Below, in pieces: positions 1 to 10,800 of a stretch of 64,000 nt of DNA (the stretch's first letter is position 1; each line of letters opens with the position of its first letter). Made by a program: the position numbers and the translations under genes. The stretch is from the NCBI GenBank assembly GCA_013239625.1, contig MU053504.1, forward strand, positions 932,001 through 996,000. The letters run 5' to 3'. The notes below the pieces were generated by a model that saw only the letters and a list, made by a program, of their open reading frames with translations, was not told the DNA's origin and did not search any database. Source of the DNA: Lama guanicoe. Lineage: Eukaryota.

Positions 1-895
1 TTGGAGTTTCAGAGAGGCCACTCTGGAAGCAGAGGAATGGCCAAGCAGGGGTGAAGGGAAGCCACTAGAGGCAGAGAGATGAAAGAGGGGGCTGGTGAGA
101 AGATGCTGGCAAGAGATAATGGGGGTCTGAATTCAGTAAACATCAGTCTGGGTAACAAGGAGGATGTGGATGGAGTGAAGATGGGGAACAGGCAGGAACT
201 AGAGACTTAGATGCAGGGAGGAAGCGGAAGCTGGTGGAGGTGGGGGGCTGAGCTGGAGTTGATCTAGAAGATACTTCTGTGGAGGCAACACTGCCCAGAT
301 ATGACCACAGGCAAAGGGGAGGGTTAGCGGCGACTCTTCACCACCGGCTCCGATGGTGACCAGGATAGGTGGGCTCCGTCACCAAGGACACGTAGGGGAG
401 CCTGGATTTTCTGTAGTCTTGCAGGGCTGGTCTCTCAGGGCTGATGGAGACCAGAACGGGATTAGGGCAGAAAGAACTCCAAACATTGCCATCCTCTGAA
501 TGTTAAAAGCCAAAAATCTTAAGAGTCAATACCTGGGAGAGAAATCAGTGTGGCTCCAGGTAGTTGGACCCACCATTCACTGCCTCCCTATCTTTCCCTC
601 TGTTTATTTCTAAGTGCAGCCACACTTGCAGGTCTCCATTCACGATGCCTGCTCCGCCTCCAAGCATGTGTATGTGTAATTCCCTTTGCCTGAAATTCCT
701 ACTGCCTCCAGGATTTCCTACCCTCTAAATGACTTAGGATTCCCCCCGTGCTCTGCCATCCTCTTGTCATGGTTCTAATCACAGCAAAGTGGTGGCCTTT
801 CTTCTTATCCACCACCACTGAATGGTGGGTGCTTCAGAGATTGGAACTGGGTTTTATTCACTTCCTGATTTTCAGGGGCAACATGAGGCCTGAAA

Positions 896-1330
896 GGATG
901 GAGGCAGATGGAGACATGGATGAATGGAAAGAGGAATTGATGGAAGAATTGTTGGAGGAATGGATGAAAAGGTGGATGGATGGATGGGTGGATAAACAGA
1001 TGGATGGATGGGCTAATGGAGCTACGGTTGGAGGGAAAGATAAATGGATATGTGAGGGATAGGTGGAGCAACAGATGGATAGATGGATAGATAGAGAGAT
1101 ATACAGATAAGTGAATGTATGGATTAGTGAAGAGATGAATAAAGAGTGAATGATTAGTGGAGTAAGAGAACGAGCAACTAATGAGTAGGCAAATAAATAA
1201 ATAAGTGAATAATCATAAAAATGGAAGAGCAAGTGAATTGATGAGTGATTGAGTGAATGAATAAGTAAATGGAGAAATAAGAGAATTAATTAATAGATAA
1301 ATTATTAAATAAATTATTTGCATGAATAAA
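896..1330 (+). repeat. Degenerate (GGAT/GAAT)n simple repeat
   Basis: Runs of TGGA and TGAA; explains the overlapping low-complexity ORFs. Confidence 0.85.
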
Positions 1331-1347
1331 ACCAAGCACAAATAGAT

Positions 1348-1450
1348 GGGAGGGTATAGCTCAGTGGTGGACTACATGCCCGGCATGCATGAGGTCGTGT
1401 GTTCAATCCCAGGTACCTCCATTAAAAACAAATAAACAAATTTTTTAAAA
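1348..1450 (+). mobile_element. tRNA-derived SINE (Vic-1-like)
   Basis: GGGAGGGTATAGCTCAGTGG A-box, GTTCAATCCC B-box and A-rich tail. Degenerate TSD AAG(C/A)ACAA(A/G)TAGATGGG at 1334-1350 and 1450-1466. Confidence 0.85.
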
Positions 1451-2051
1451 AGAACAAGTAGATGGGTGAATGAGTCGATGAACAAAAGTGGTGAATGCCA
1501 TGGGTAATCTAAGCCACAAGTAATTATAACTTGGAACTCTGTCTGGTCCTTACTGGGTACTCAGTAACACCTGTTAAAGTCATGAATGAACAAATGAATG
1601 TTGGTAGATCAGTTGACCCAGGGATGTGGCAAACACTGAGGCTTCCTCAAAAGATCTGAATTCTAATCCCGGTTCTTCCCTTTGCGATTCTGTCACTTTG
1701 AATTCATCCTGTTCCTCTCTGAGCCTCCGTTTCCCCTGTGTAAAATGGGAGATTGTCTTTGTCAAGACTATTTTAAAGATGCAATAATCAGAGCCACCTG
1801 GCAATAGCAGGGGCTTAACAAAGGTTAGTTCACTCCAGTACCCCCGCTCTTTTTGGACTACTTGAAATAATTCTGGGTATATATATATATGCATATATAT
1901 ATATTTTTTTTAATTAACAAAGCCCCTACTATGTCTCGTCTCTCACAGAAGCATGCTTTCTCATTTATACATCTAAGCAGCTGATTTTAACCCATAGCAC
2001 CGTCAATGATTCTGGTCTGTACTCGGGTAATTCTCATAGACTAGATATTTC

Positions 2052-2160
2052 TTTATTCTTTTTCTTTTTTTTTTCCTTTCTCTTTTTCTTTTAATAGGGG
2101 TGCTGGGGATTGAACCCAGGACTTGTGCATGCGCGCTACCACTGAGCTAACCCACCCCCT
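2052..2160 (-). mobile_element. tRNA-derived SINE (Vic-1-like)
   Basis: Reverse complement of TAGCTCAGTGGTAG...CCTGGGTTCAATCCCCAGCA, preceded by a T-rich tail on the plus strand. Confidence 0.8.
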
Positions 2161-2690
2161 CAGGCATTTCAATCTTAGTGGCGAGCCCTCAGCATTTATA
2201 GTTTATTATTGTTGCTTTTATCATCATCATTATTATTTAAAATTTCCACCAGAGCTTCAGGCAGGGCTAGGTGGATAAAATAAATTGGGCTTGTTTTTAT
2301 CTTATTTTAAATTTTGAATGGAGAAAAGATGGGGTGGGTGGAGAAAGAAAAGTGCTTTGTTCTCGAGTGGGGCTCAAATTTCTGAAGCCAATTGCCCAAC
2401 CTCACTCTCCACGGGTGCAGATGAGAGCTGTGGCAATCCTTATTTCCTTTTCTTTGCTAAGAGGAAATTGTTTAATCATTTGCAACCAAAGAGAAAAGAA
2501 GGCACTGAAGAACAGCCTATTTTAATAGGAAGCACTGAGGCCTCTCATCTTAGTGCTAACGACCACCTATTTATATAAAATAGGCCCCTGAGCTCCAGTC
2601 TTAAATCCTCATTTTCTTGTCTCCTGGAGTTTGAACCACAAGACCACTTGGATGGTGAGAAAAAGCTCCCTCAACATGTATTGCTCTGTC

Positions 2691-2709
2691 TCACCACGAG
2701 GGGGCGCTC
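2691..2709 (+). promoter_or_regulatory. CTCF motif
   Basis: TCACCACGAGGGGGCGCTC versus TGGCCACCAGGGGGCGCTA. Confidence 0.7.
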
Positions 2710-4591
2710 CCAGATCAGACACCGGGGTTTTGGGGGGAGCTGCTGGCCACCTGCCTCGCTGCTGCCACCTCCTGTGGATGTAGCATCTTTGCAGATCTAC
2801 CCAGAATTGCTGGACCAAGGAGCTCCTGCCCTGTGAAGATCTCCATGAAGACTAGACACAGCCTGGAAGGCTGGAGTAAGGTCACTACAGAGGAACCGGA
2901 TGTTCCTTGAGGCTTCCCTGGATCACGGAAGATACTGGGCCTCCGAGGAGGCAATGGGAACTAAACTGAGGGCCTACTGTGTGCCAGGCCCTTTACATAA
3001 GTCAAGTCATTCACTCCACAAACACTCAGGGCTTTTGGTGGTGGCTGTCCAGGCTAGGGGGAAGCTGTGGGTCCAGGTGGAAACTTGATCCCCCGTGAGA
3101 TTTGTGGGAAGCCAGCGCCACTTTCCACCTTGGTTACTGAGCAAGACTGGCCTTAGCTGTGGACTAGCATCAGCCTGATCCCAAGGGAGCTCTGGCGCAT
3201 GAATTGCACCCGCACAAGGTGAGGGGCTGGTCTTTTGCAGCCCAGGTCTGGGGTGGGGGAGGGCAGACTTGCTGAGGGGAGGGCAATTTTCTGGAGAGAG
3301 GACAGCGATGGTGCCTCCATTCAAAGCAAGGAGGAAGGGGTGCGGCAGCCAGAAATGGGGACTGGATGTGGCTCCCACAGCGCTGACTACAAAAGTCGGC
3401 AGTTATTGTTTTCAGATTATGATGAGGTCAGGATCCACCCCTCCCCAGGCACAGAGTGCAGAGATGGCTCTTGGAGACACTCTTTCTTCCAGAGCTCCTC
3501 TGAGGGTCTCGGGGCCAGTCTCACTTCTTCACGAGTGTCCCCAAAGACCTTATTCCTCTCTCCAAAGGAAAGCCTTCCGTGAAGATCAATGTGTAACCTT
3601 AGGCAGTTGAGGTGAGTGAGATGGGATGGTGGGGATGTGCCCGGGGCTCCTGCAGTCCGCGTGGACCCTCTGAGCTCAGACACCTGTGTGTCCTGCAGGC
3701 AGTTCATTCTTGATGCCTTTTCTCTTGCCGTCCCCCATCCAGTCTGGTGCTGTGTCCGCCAGTTCCATCCCCTTAATACTCCCCACCCCGCTGCATCACT
3801 GGGTAGCCAGTAGAACTTTGGGGTCACTCAAAAACCCCCAACTTAGCTCCCAAATGAGCTTGGGCATGTCAGTGTCAGGAAGATTTTTTTGTATACAGAA
3901 ATGGTTCCCTGAGAGTATTTGTTAGTTGATTAATATTTAGTGTATTGCAGTAGCTTTAAAAAAAAAACTTGGTGATTCTTAACCTTTTAAGTTCAATTTA
4001 CAAACCATTATTCTATTTCTATGTAGTCACTTTTAAGGGGCTTTTGATTAATGGTCAGTCCGCTCATACTCAGTTAAATGATCCATTCCGTTTGCAAACT
4101 TGGTTAATTAAATTATCTTCAACACTACACAGGACTTACTAACTTCATACATTCAATTTCCTTTTTTAAACACTTCCATTGCCTGATCTGACAGGCAAAA
4201 CTTTCCAAAGTACTTTAACTACTTAGGAAAATCTAATTTAAAAAGCTATATGTACAGTGAATCTCAAGATCTCTTATACATTCTGGTATCGTTCATAAAT
4301 TTAGTATAAGAAGATGTGTATACTTCTCCACAGAAGAATCACGAGTCCAAAATCAATTACAGGTTTTAAATTGGAGTCACAAGGCTAATTTGTTCATACT
4401 CTAATATGCCCAAAAAAATCTCTTTAATGTTATGAATACTTTAAATACCAAATACACAATGATGTGGGTTTGACTTCTAAACCTTTGCAGGATTACAGGC
4501 ATTTGCATAGTGAAGGGACAGTTTTCTCCTAAGTGAATGGGGGGGGACTTCCTTCAGTATGCGGTGCCATTTTAGAGGCAAAGTTTCACAT

Positions 4592-5560
4592 CGTGGCAGA
4601 AATTGCTGCGTCCCCATTTCCATGCCCCACTTCCTTCTCAGAAACAGAACCTCAGATTCTGGGCTGACATTTGGCCACCTGGAATATAGACAATATTTCC
4701 CAGCCTCCCTTGCAGCTAAGTGTGGCCACGTGACTAAGATCTGGCGAGTGAGGTATAAGCAGAAATGTTAAGAGGCAACTGTCAGAAACCTTTCTGAAGA
4801 GATAGCTAGTGTGTGCACTTTCCCCTTCTTTTTTGTCCATTCCTCCCTCTTGTCACCTGGACCATGGTGTGATGGTTGGAATCTAGCTGCTCTTTTGGTC
4901 CCAGACATAGGGATGCTGGATCAGTGAGCTGGAAGGATCCTAGGATTGGATGACTTTATGGAGCAGAACGTCCACTTCAGCCTGTGGCAGATTGTTTGAG
5001 AAGATCCCTCCATCCCAGTGGCTTTGGATTATGTGACTTTGCCCTCTTCCCATCAAGAGATAAAGTCTATTTCCCTCCCCTGAATCTGGACTTGTCCTGT
5101 GACCTGCTTTGATCAGCAGAATTGGCCGTGGGTGACTTCTAAAGCAAGGCCATAAGGGGCCTCACAGTTTCCACGTTTGCTTGTTGGAGTGCTGACCCGA
5201 GGCCCCATCATGAAGAAGCCAGTCTAGCCTACCAGAGGATGAGGGTCCCAGCCAGGGGCTCCAGCTGCCAGTATAGGATGAGAGTGAGGCCAAGTGGGAC
5301 CTCGCAGGCCAGGCTGCCCTCTAGCTGAGCCCAGGAGAAGCCCGCGGGGGAGGTGCCCCACCCCTGCCCCACCCCTGCCCCACCCCTGCCCCGAGTCGCA
5401 GAAATAAAGGGTCCTTGTTTTCAGGCACTAAGTTTTAGGGTAGTTTGTTTACGCAGCAAAAGCTGAATAAAACACAGCCCTAGGCTGTGCACCTCTGACT
5501 TCTTCATGAGAAGGAAACTTTGTTCTTGTCGAAGCCATTCTTGTGAGTCTGGGGTGAGCC
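4592..5560 (+). mobile_element. Older ERVL (LTR16-like) LTR interrupted by the MLT1 insertion
   Basis: TTCCCAGCCTCCCTTGCAGCTAAGTGTGGCCACGTGACTAAG is an LTR16-type motif. The sequence appears to resume after 5479. Boundaries are approximate. Confidence 0.55.
4983..5474 (+). mobile_element. MaLR (MLT1-like) solo LTR
   Basis: TGTGGCAG...AAAACA termini, 5-bp TSD CAGCC (4978-4982, 5475-5479) and an MLT1-type 3' end (AAGTTTTAGGGTAGTTTGTTTACGCAGCAA). Confidence 0.75.
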
Positions 5561-6454
5561 CAGTCCCGATGCACCTGTGGACTAGTCGTTTACGCTGGGA
5601 CGTGACACTGCAGTGTCCAGGGTGATTCTCTCTTGCTGCTGACCGACATGCTAAGCCCTTTTTCAATTGGTTGCCATGACAACAAGGGACTCCATTTCCT
5701 CTAAAGAGGTTGGTCTCCGAGACAATTAGATTCTGGCCATATGCGTTACCTAATTCTCCAATCTGATCTGAAACTACAACCCTCCACATGCTCCCCGCTT
5801 TGGCCACCCTCTGCCCGGGAGGTCAAAGCCGACTTCCTCTGCTAATCTCCTTACAGCCTAATTGAATTCTGAGGCTGTTTCTTATTCATGCTATCTTCCC
5901 CGGCTCCTCTCAGATATTCAGAGGCTTCCTTTTGGATTCTGCATCTCTTGTTTTCCAGGATCTCTGCTACAACATCCCTGAAGTTGAGTTAAACCAGGAC
6001 AGTGAGCCCTCTCCCACACTGAGCCTGTTTTCTGATCTGTAAATGGAGACCACGTGGGGTTGCTGGGAGATCCCCATCTATAAACCTTGCAATTTTCAGC
6101 CCCTTCACTCTGTGCTTTAAGTCCCTGAATGACATCCCAGAGCACTGGCAATAAAATCTCATATGCTTGTTGCAGCCTGGAGGTCTGCCCAGCTCTCCAC
6201 ACTCCCACTACACACCCCCAACAGGGGCCTCACCCTCTTCCTCAAGCCCCTGTGTGTTCCCAGCTCAGGGCATTTCCCTTGCTGTTCCCTGGCTCCTCCC
6301 CACCCTTCAGGCCTCATTTTAAAAGTCATCTCCCAGAGAGGCCTTCCCTGACCATATTGTCAAAAGAGGCAGCCTATTCCATCCTCCCCCAACCAGTTAA
6401 AGGTAAGAAAAATAACCTTAATAATTAAATTATAACTTTAATAAAAACTAAAGC

Positions 6455-7085
6455 TTTTAGTTGAAAGCATATGTCCCCATAAAAACCTGTACACAGATGT
6501 TTATAGCAGCTTTATTGGTCATTGCCAAAACTTGGAGGCAACCAAGACGTCCAAGTGATGGATAAATACTGTGGTACATCCAGATCATGGGATATTACTC
6601 AGAACTAAAAAGACGTAAGCTCTCAAGCCATGACAAGACAGGAAGGAAGTGAAAAAAGCAATCTGAAAAGACTACACACTGTATAATTCTAACTATATAG
6701 CATTCTGGAAAAGGCAAAACAATGGAGACAGTGAAAGATCAGTGGTTGCCACGGGTTAGGGGAGAGAGGGATGGAGGGGTGCACGGGGGGTTTTTAGGGA
6801 GTGAAGCTATTATTCTAGATGATACCGCAGTGGTGGGTATGTGTCATTATACATTTGTAAAAGCTCATAGAAAATACAGCACAAAGAGAGAGCCCAAATA
6901 CTAATGTACCATTATTGGCTCATCAGTTGTAACAAGCGCATACTGCTAATGCCAGATGTTAATAACAGGGGAAACTATGAATTGGGAGAGGTGAAGCAGT
7001 ATGGGAACTCTGTACTTTCATTCAGTCTTTTCCTGTAACCCTAAAACTAAAAAAACCCAAAATCTATTAAGGTTTTTAAAAATTA
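6455..7085 (+). mobile_element. L1 3' end fragment (L1MB/MC-like)
   Basis: GATGTTTATAGCAGCTTTATT...AAAGATCAGTGGTTGCC...; typical of an old L1 3' UTR. Confidence 0.75.
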
Positions 7086-7337
7086 AAGCACTGATAGCAC
7101 TTAACTTGTGTAAAGTTAAGTGAGGCTTTACTGTCGCTATCTTATCCTTTACAGTGTGAACCCCAGGAGAACAGGAGTCCCCATGAGGATGAGAGTGAGA
7201 GTGAGTCCATTGACAGTACAGGGCAACATTCATTCCATGGAAAGAGGGCATAACCGCTCAGCTCCCACACTTCAAACCCTTAGGAGTAAATTCCACACTC
7301 ATTGCCAAGTGCACAAAGCCATCATCTGAGGCTACTT

Positions 7338-7859
7338 TGAGGTGGGAGCCCTATGAGAAAGATGGAAGTAACCCCAGGCAAGGCCACTACTCTCCTGCCA
7401 GCACCATTCGGTTCCCTGGCCCAGCGGCATCATCTCGCTTTTTAACTCTGAAAGGGCTTACTTCTAGGAAAGCAGAACTTACCCCTAAGATTCTATTGGT
7501 TCCCTGAGCTAACTCCTGATTGGTCCATTTGTAGTGCCTCATTTGCATGGAGCTCACTCCTGATTGGTCCATTTCTATCACTCCTGATTGGTCCATTTCT
7601 ACAAAGCTCATTCTTAATTAGTCAACTTAGTTACACCTTATTTGCATATGATGTTGCCAAGTATAGCCTGGCAGCCTATAAAAGCCTGTGTAAACCTATA
7701 GACAGGGTCCAGAGCTTGGAGTGTTAACTCCTCTGGGTCTGCTGGCATAATAAACCTAAGTTCTCCAACTCTCTGAGTGCTGCTTGGTCTCTCATCCGGA
7801 TCCAGGTTGCTGTCACAACTGAGCTGTGACACTGAGCTGTAACACACTTTGCTGCAACA
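7338..7859 (+). mobile_element. Solo LTR, ERV1 (class I)-type, 522 bp
   Basis: TG...CA termini with 4-bp TSD ACTT (7334-7337, 7860-7863). TATAAAAG 7677-7684, AATAAA 7749-7754, repeated CCAAT boxes and octamers in U3. Confidence 0.85.
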
Positions 7860-10800
7860 ACTTCAGCCCTCAAAGAAAGCCACTCCCTCTGGTGATGATG
7901 GGCCCAGATTTACCACTGGGAGCCTGAAGGAGAGGATTTATAACTTTCTTTGAAACTTTGTTATTTTACTAAAGGGAAAACCTCTGATGAATGCTAGAGT
8001 CTTCACCTTTCCTGAATGCTTGCAAAGCATCCTCTTCTCTTGTCTGTCTCTAGCAGGCTTGGTCCAGAGCTGGTCCCTCACAATTTTATTCTTTGAACGA
8101 TTGTTATATCATTTCTATTAATACAACACAATATGGGCTTTCCACTTATGGTAGTAGCATAACCTTTCCTTCTTTCATCAATTCATTCCTAGAAGTTTTT
8201 AAAAACTAAGTTAAATTCAAGGAAACTGTTAAATGCAGGACAGCATTGGCAGTGAGTGGCTGTGCAGATGGTATGTGGATGTCTGAAGTTTGAGAAACAC
8301 AACCAGGCAGATTCTGTGGGTCCTTTCAGCAAGAGCTGGTTTTGATTCTGTGGTTTGTTTAAGCTGATTGGCTGAAATATATTCATCATAGGGTGATTCA
8401 CAGCAGCAATAAAAATACCATTTGTAATAGTATAAACAACTCAAATGTTCATCCCATTGGAAAGGTTGCCATATAATTCCTCATCCAGGACTCTCTGAAA
8501 AGGGAAAGAAGTGCTATTAAAAATGACAGCAGAGCAAGGCACCATCTCGGCAATGTCCCAGACATGATGTTCAGTCCTCCTCCCATCAGGAGACGCTTGA
8601 GTAAATTATGTGTATCCAGTTTGTGAACTATTATGATTATGTAGATTTATTAATGACACTTATGAAGAATGCATAAAAAAAATGCTAAGACGTATCACTT
8701 TAAATGAGAAAGGCATATCATTCAGTGCTCAGAGACAAGCAAAGAAACCAGCCTGGGAGGAAACACACCACAACAGTGACTGCAGCTAAGAGATGGGGTC
8801 AAAGGGGGTATTTTTTTTTCTTAGTTGTAGGTTTATGTATAAATATTTATGCCTGACTTTGTTTCAGAAAACTCTGATTAAGCATATCTGACCATGTCAT
8901 TTCTTTGCTTAAAATCCTCCACTTGCTTCCCTTGTTCTTGAAATAAAGCCCACCCACCATAACATGGCCTACAGGTCTAGTGTGATCAAGCTTCCTCTCC
9001 ACGTCTCTGCACAGCACCCTGGCTTTCCTCTAGACTCATGCACAAAGTGTTCCTTTCACCTCTGTCCGTGCTGGTCCTTCCACTGAAAACCCTCCCTTCA
9101 CTCTCCCAAACCTGCAGTTCCGTTTGTTACACACTCCTCCCCAGAGTAACTCTATTTTTCAGAGCTCCTTGCTCTCTGAGGTCTTCCCTGCTGAGCTGTA
9201 AACCCCTTAAGGGCAAAGATTATACACGTTTTGATCCCCACTGTGCCTTGGCCCAGGGGCTCAGTAAACATTTGATACTTTTCTGATGCTTTTCTGAGTA
9301 TCTCAAATGTTCCTAAGTGGGCAAGAGACACTTGTAATCTGTAAAATCAATGAGAAAATTGACTGGCCATATTCCCTAGTGTGTTAAAATATAATTCGAT
9401 CTGCAAAAATTCGATTTATATACTTTGCAATGACATATCTTTTATGTAAAGCAAGTCTCAATTCAGGGACTTTTCTCCCCAAAAGATCAAAGCTCAAAAT
9501 ACCAAGACTACGTTTCTCAAGGTTGAGATGGGGAAGGGGTGGCGAGTGTTTGCTGTGAGCTGGCTTCTGCAGACGGATTTCTTAAGTGCAACCCACCACC
9601 ACCTCCACTGGCCGAGCCCCGAGAGTGCGCCTCTGCCTGACCATGGTCCTGATATCTGTCAATGTCTGGTAAGGAGAGAACATTGTGTCTGGGGCCTTGA
9701 TTCCAAGGGAAAAAAGCCCCCATGTCATTCCTGGTAGCCTGCATTTCTCACATTCACTTTGGAGGATGCTGTTTGCCAAGAGGACCACAGAACATTTCCT
9801 GCAGCTCCCTGCAGCCTGCCCTCCACTAGGCATCCGGCCTGATCCCCCAAACCCAGTCAGATAATGTCCCTCATGCACTTAAAACCCTCCAGTGTTCCCT
9901 CTTATCCAAGGCAAAAAGTCCAAGTCCTTTCCTGGCCCAGAGTTGGGCAACAATGTCATATACTGCCCAAACCAGGGCACTCTTAGGGTAAAGGGGGCTC
10001 TGCCAATCCCACAGGGTAATGATGTAAACTGGGGCCCAGTGCTGAGATCCGAGAGACCCACACGATTTGGTCCCTGTGTGCTCCTGTTTCCTACCCTCTG
10101 CCTTCACTGGTCCCCTTTGCTTCCTTATTCTTCTTTACACAACCACAAAGCCTCCCCCGGACCTTTGCACTTGCTGTTCCCCTGCCTAGAATGCCACCCT
10201 GCCCACTGACACCCACAAGGATCCCCCCACCTCCTACACATCTCTGATCAAATACCCCCACTTCCGAGAGGTCTTTGTGACCCCTCTAAGTAACACCTCC
10301 GGCCTGTCATCACTAGCATCCCCCTGCCCTTTCATCTTCCCGCACAGCACTCATACCCACCTGAGACATCGACCCATTGCTTCGTTTATAGGCGACTAGT
10401 CTCCCCCTCAGAAAGTGAGCCCCATGAAGTAGAGATTCTGCTTAATCACCACGGCATCCCCCGCCTCTACCCCAGTGCAGGGTATACAACAGGAAGCATT
10501 CATCAAGTGATCAGATGAATTTGGGTGGGGAGGGGATTCACACTGATTGCACAACAGCTTTGGGCCGTGGTCCTCGTGTCTTCTCATGTGACACCCCCAC
10601 CAACTACCTGCCAGGGTAGGAATGATCACCCCCCGATTTCAGACGAGTTAGCCAAGGGTCCTTTGCTTTGTGCATCGATCATTGACACTAAGTCCAAAGA
10701 AGAGCAAGTGTTCCTTGTCAGTCTTGAAAGGACAAAACCCCTTACAATATCATCCACGTGGTTTTAGAGAAGAGAAATCTGTGTCCTGGAGAATTCAAAG

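Noticed and set aside
748..1232. W/M/D- and H/P/S/I-rich ORFs (also near 52000 and 63000)
   Set aside because: Translations of (GGAT)n simple repeats.
1348..1420. tRNA gene-like A/B boxes (also at 2100, 19298, 19457, 22297)
   Set aside because: A-rich tails, TSDs and divergence between copies indicate SINEs rather than functional tRNA genes.
7512..7597. Direct repeats with spacers superficially like a CRISPR array
   Set aside because: Eukaryotic LTR U3 enhancer repeats with irregular spacing and no cas genes.
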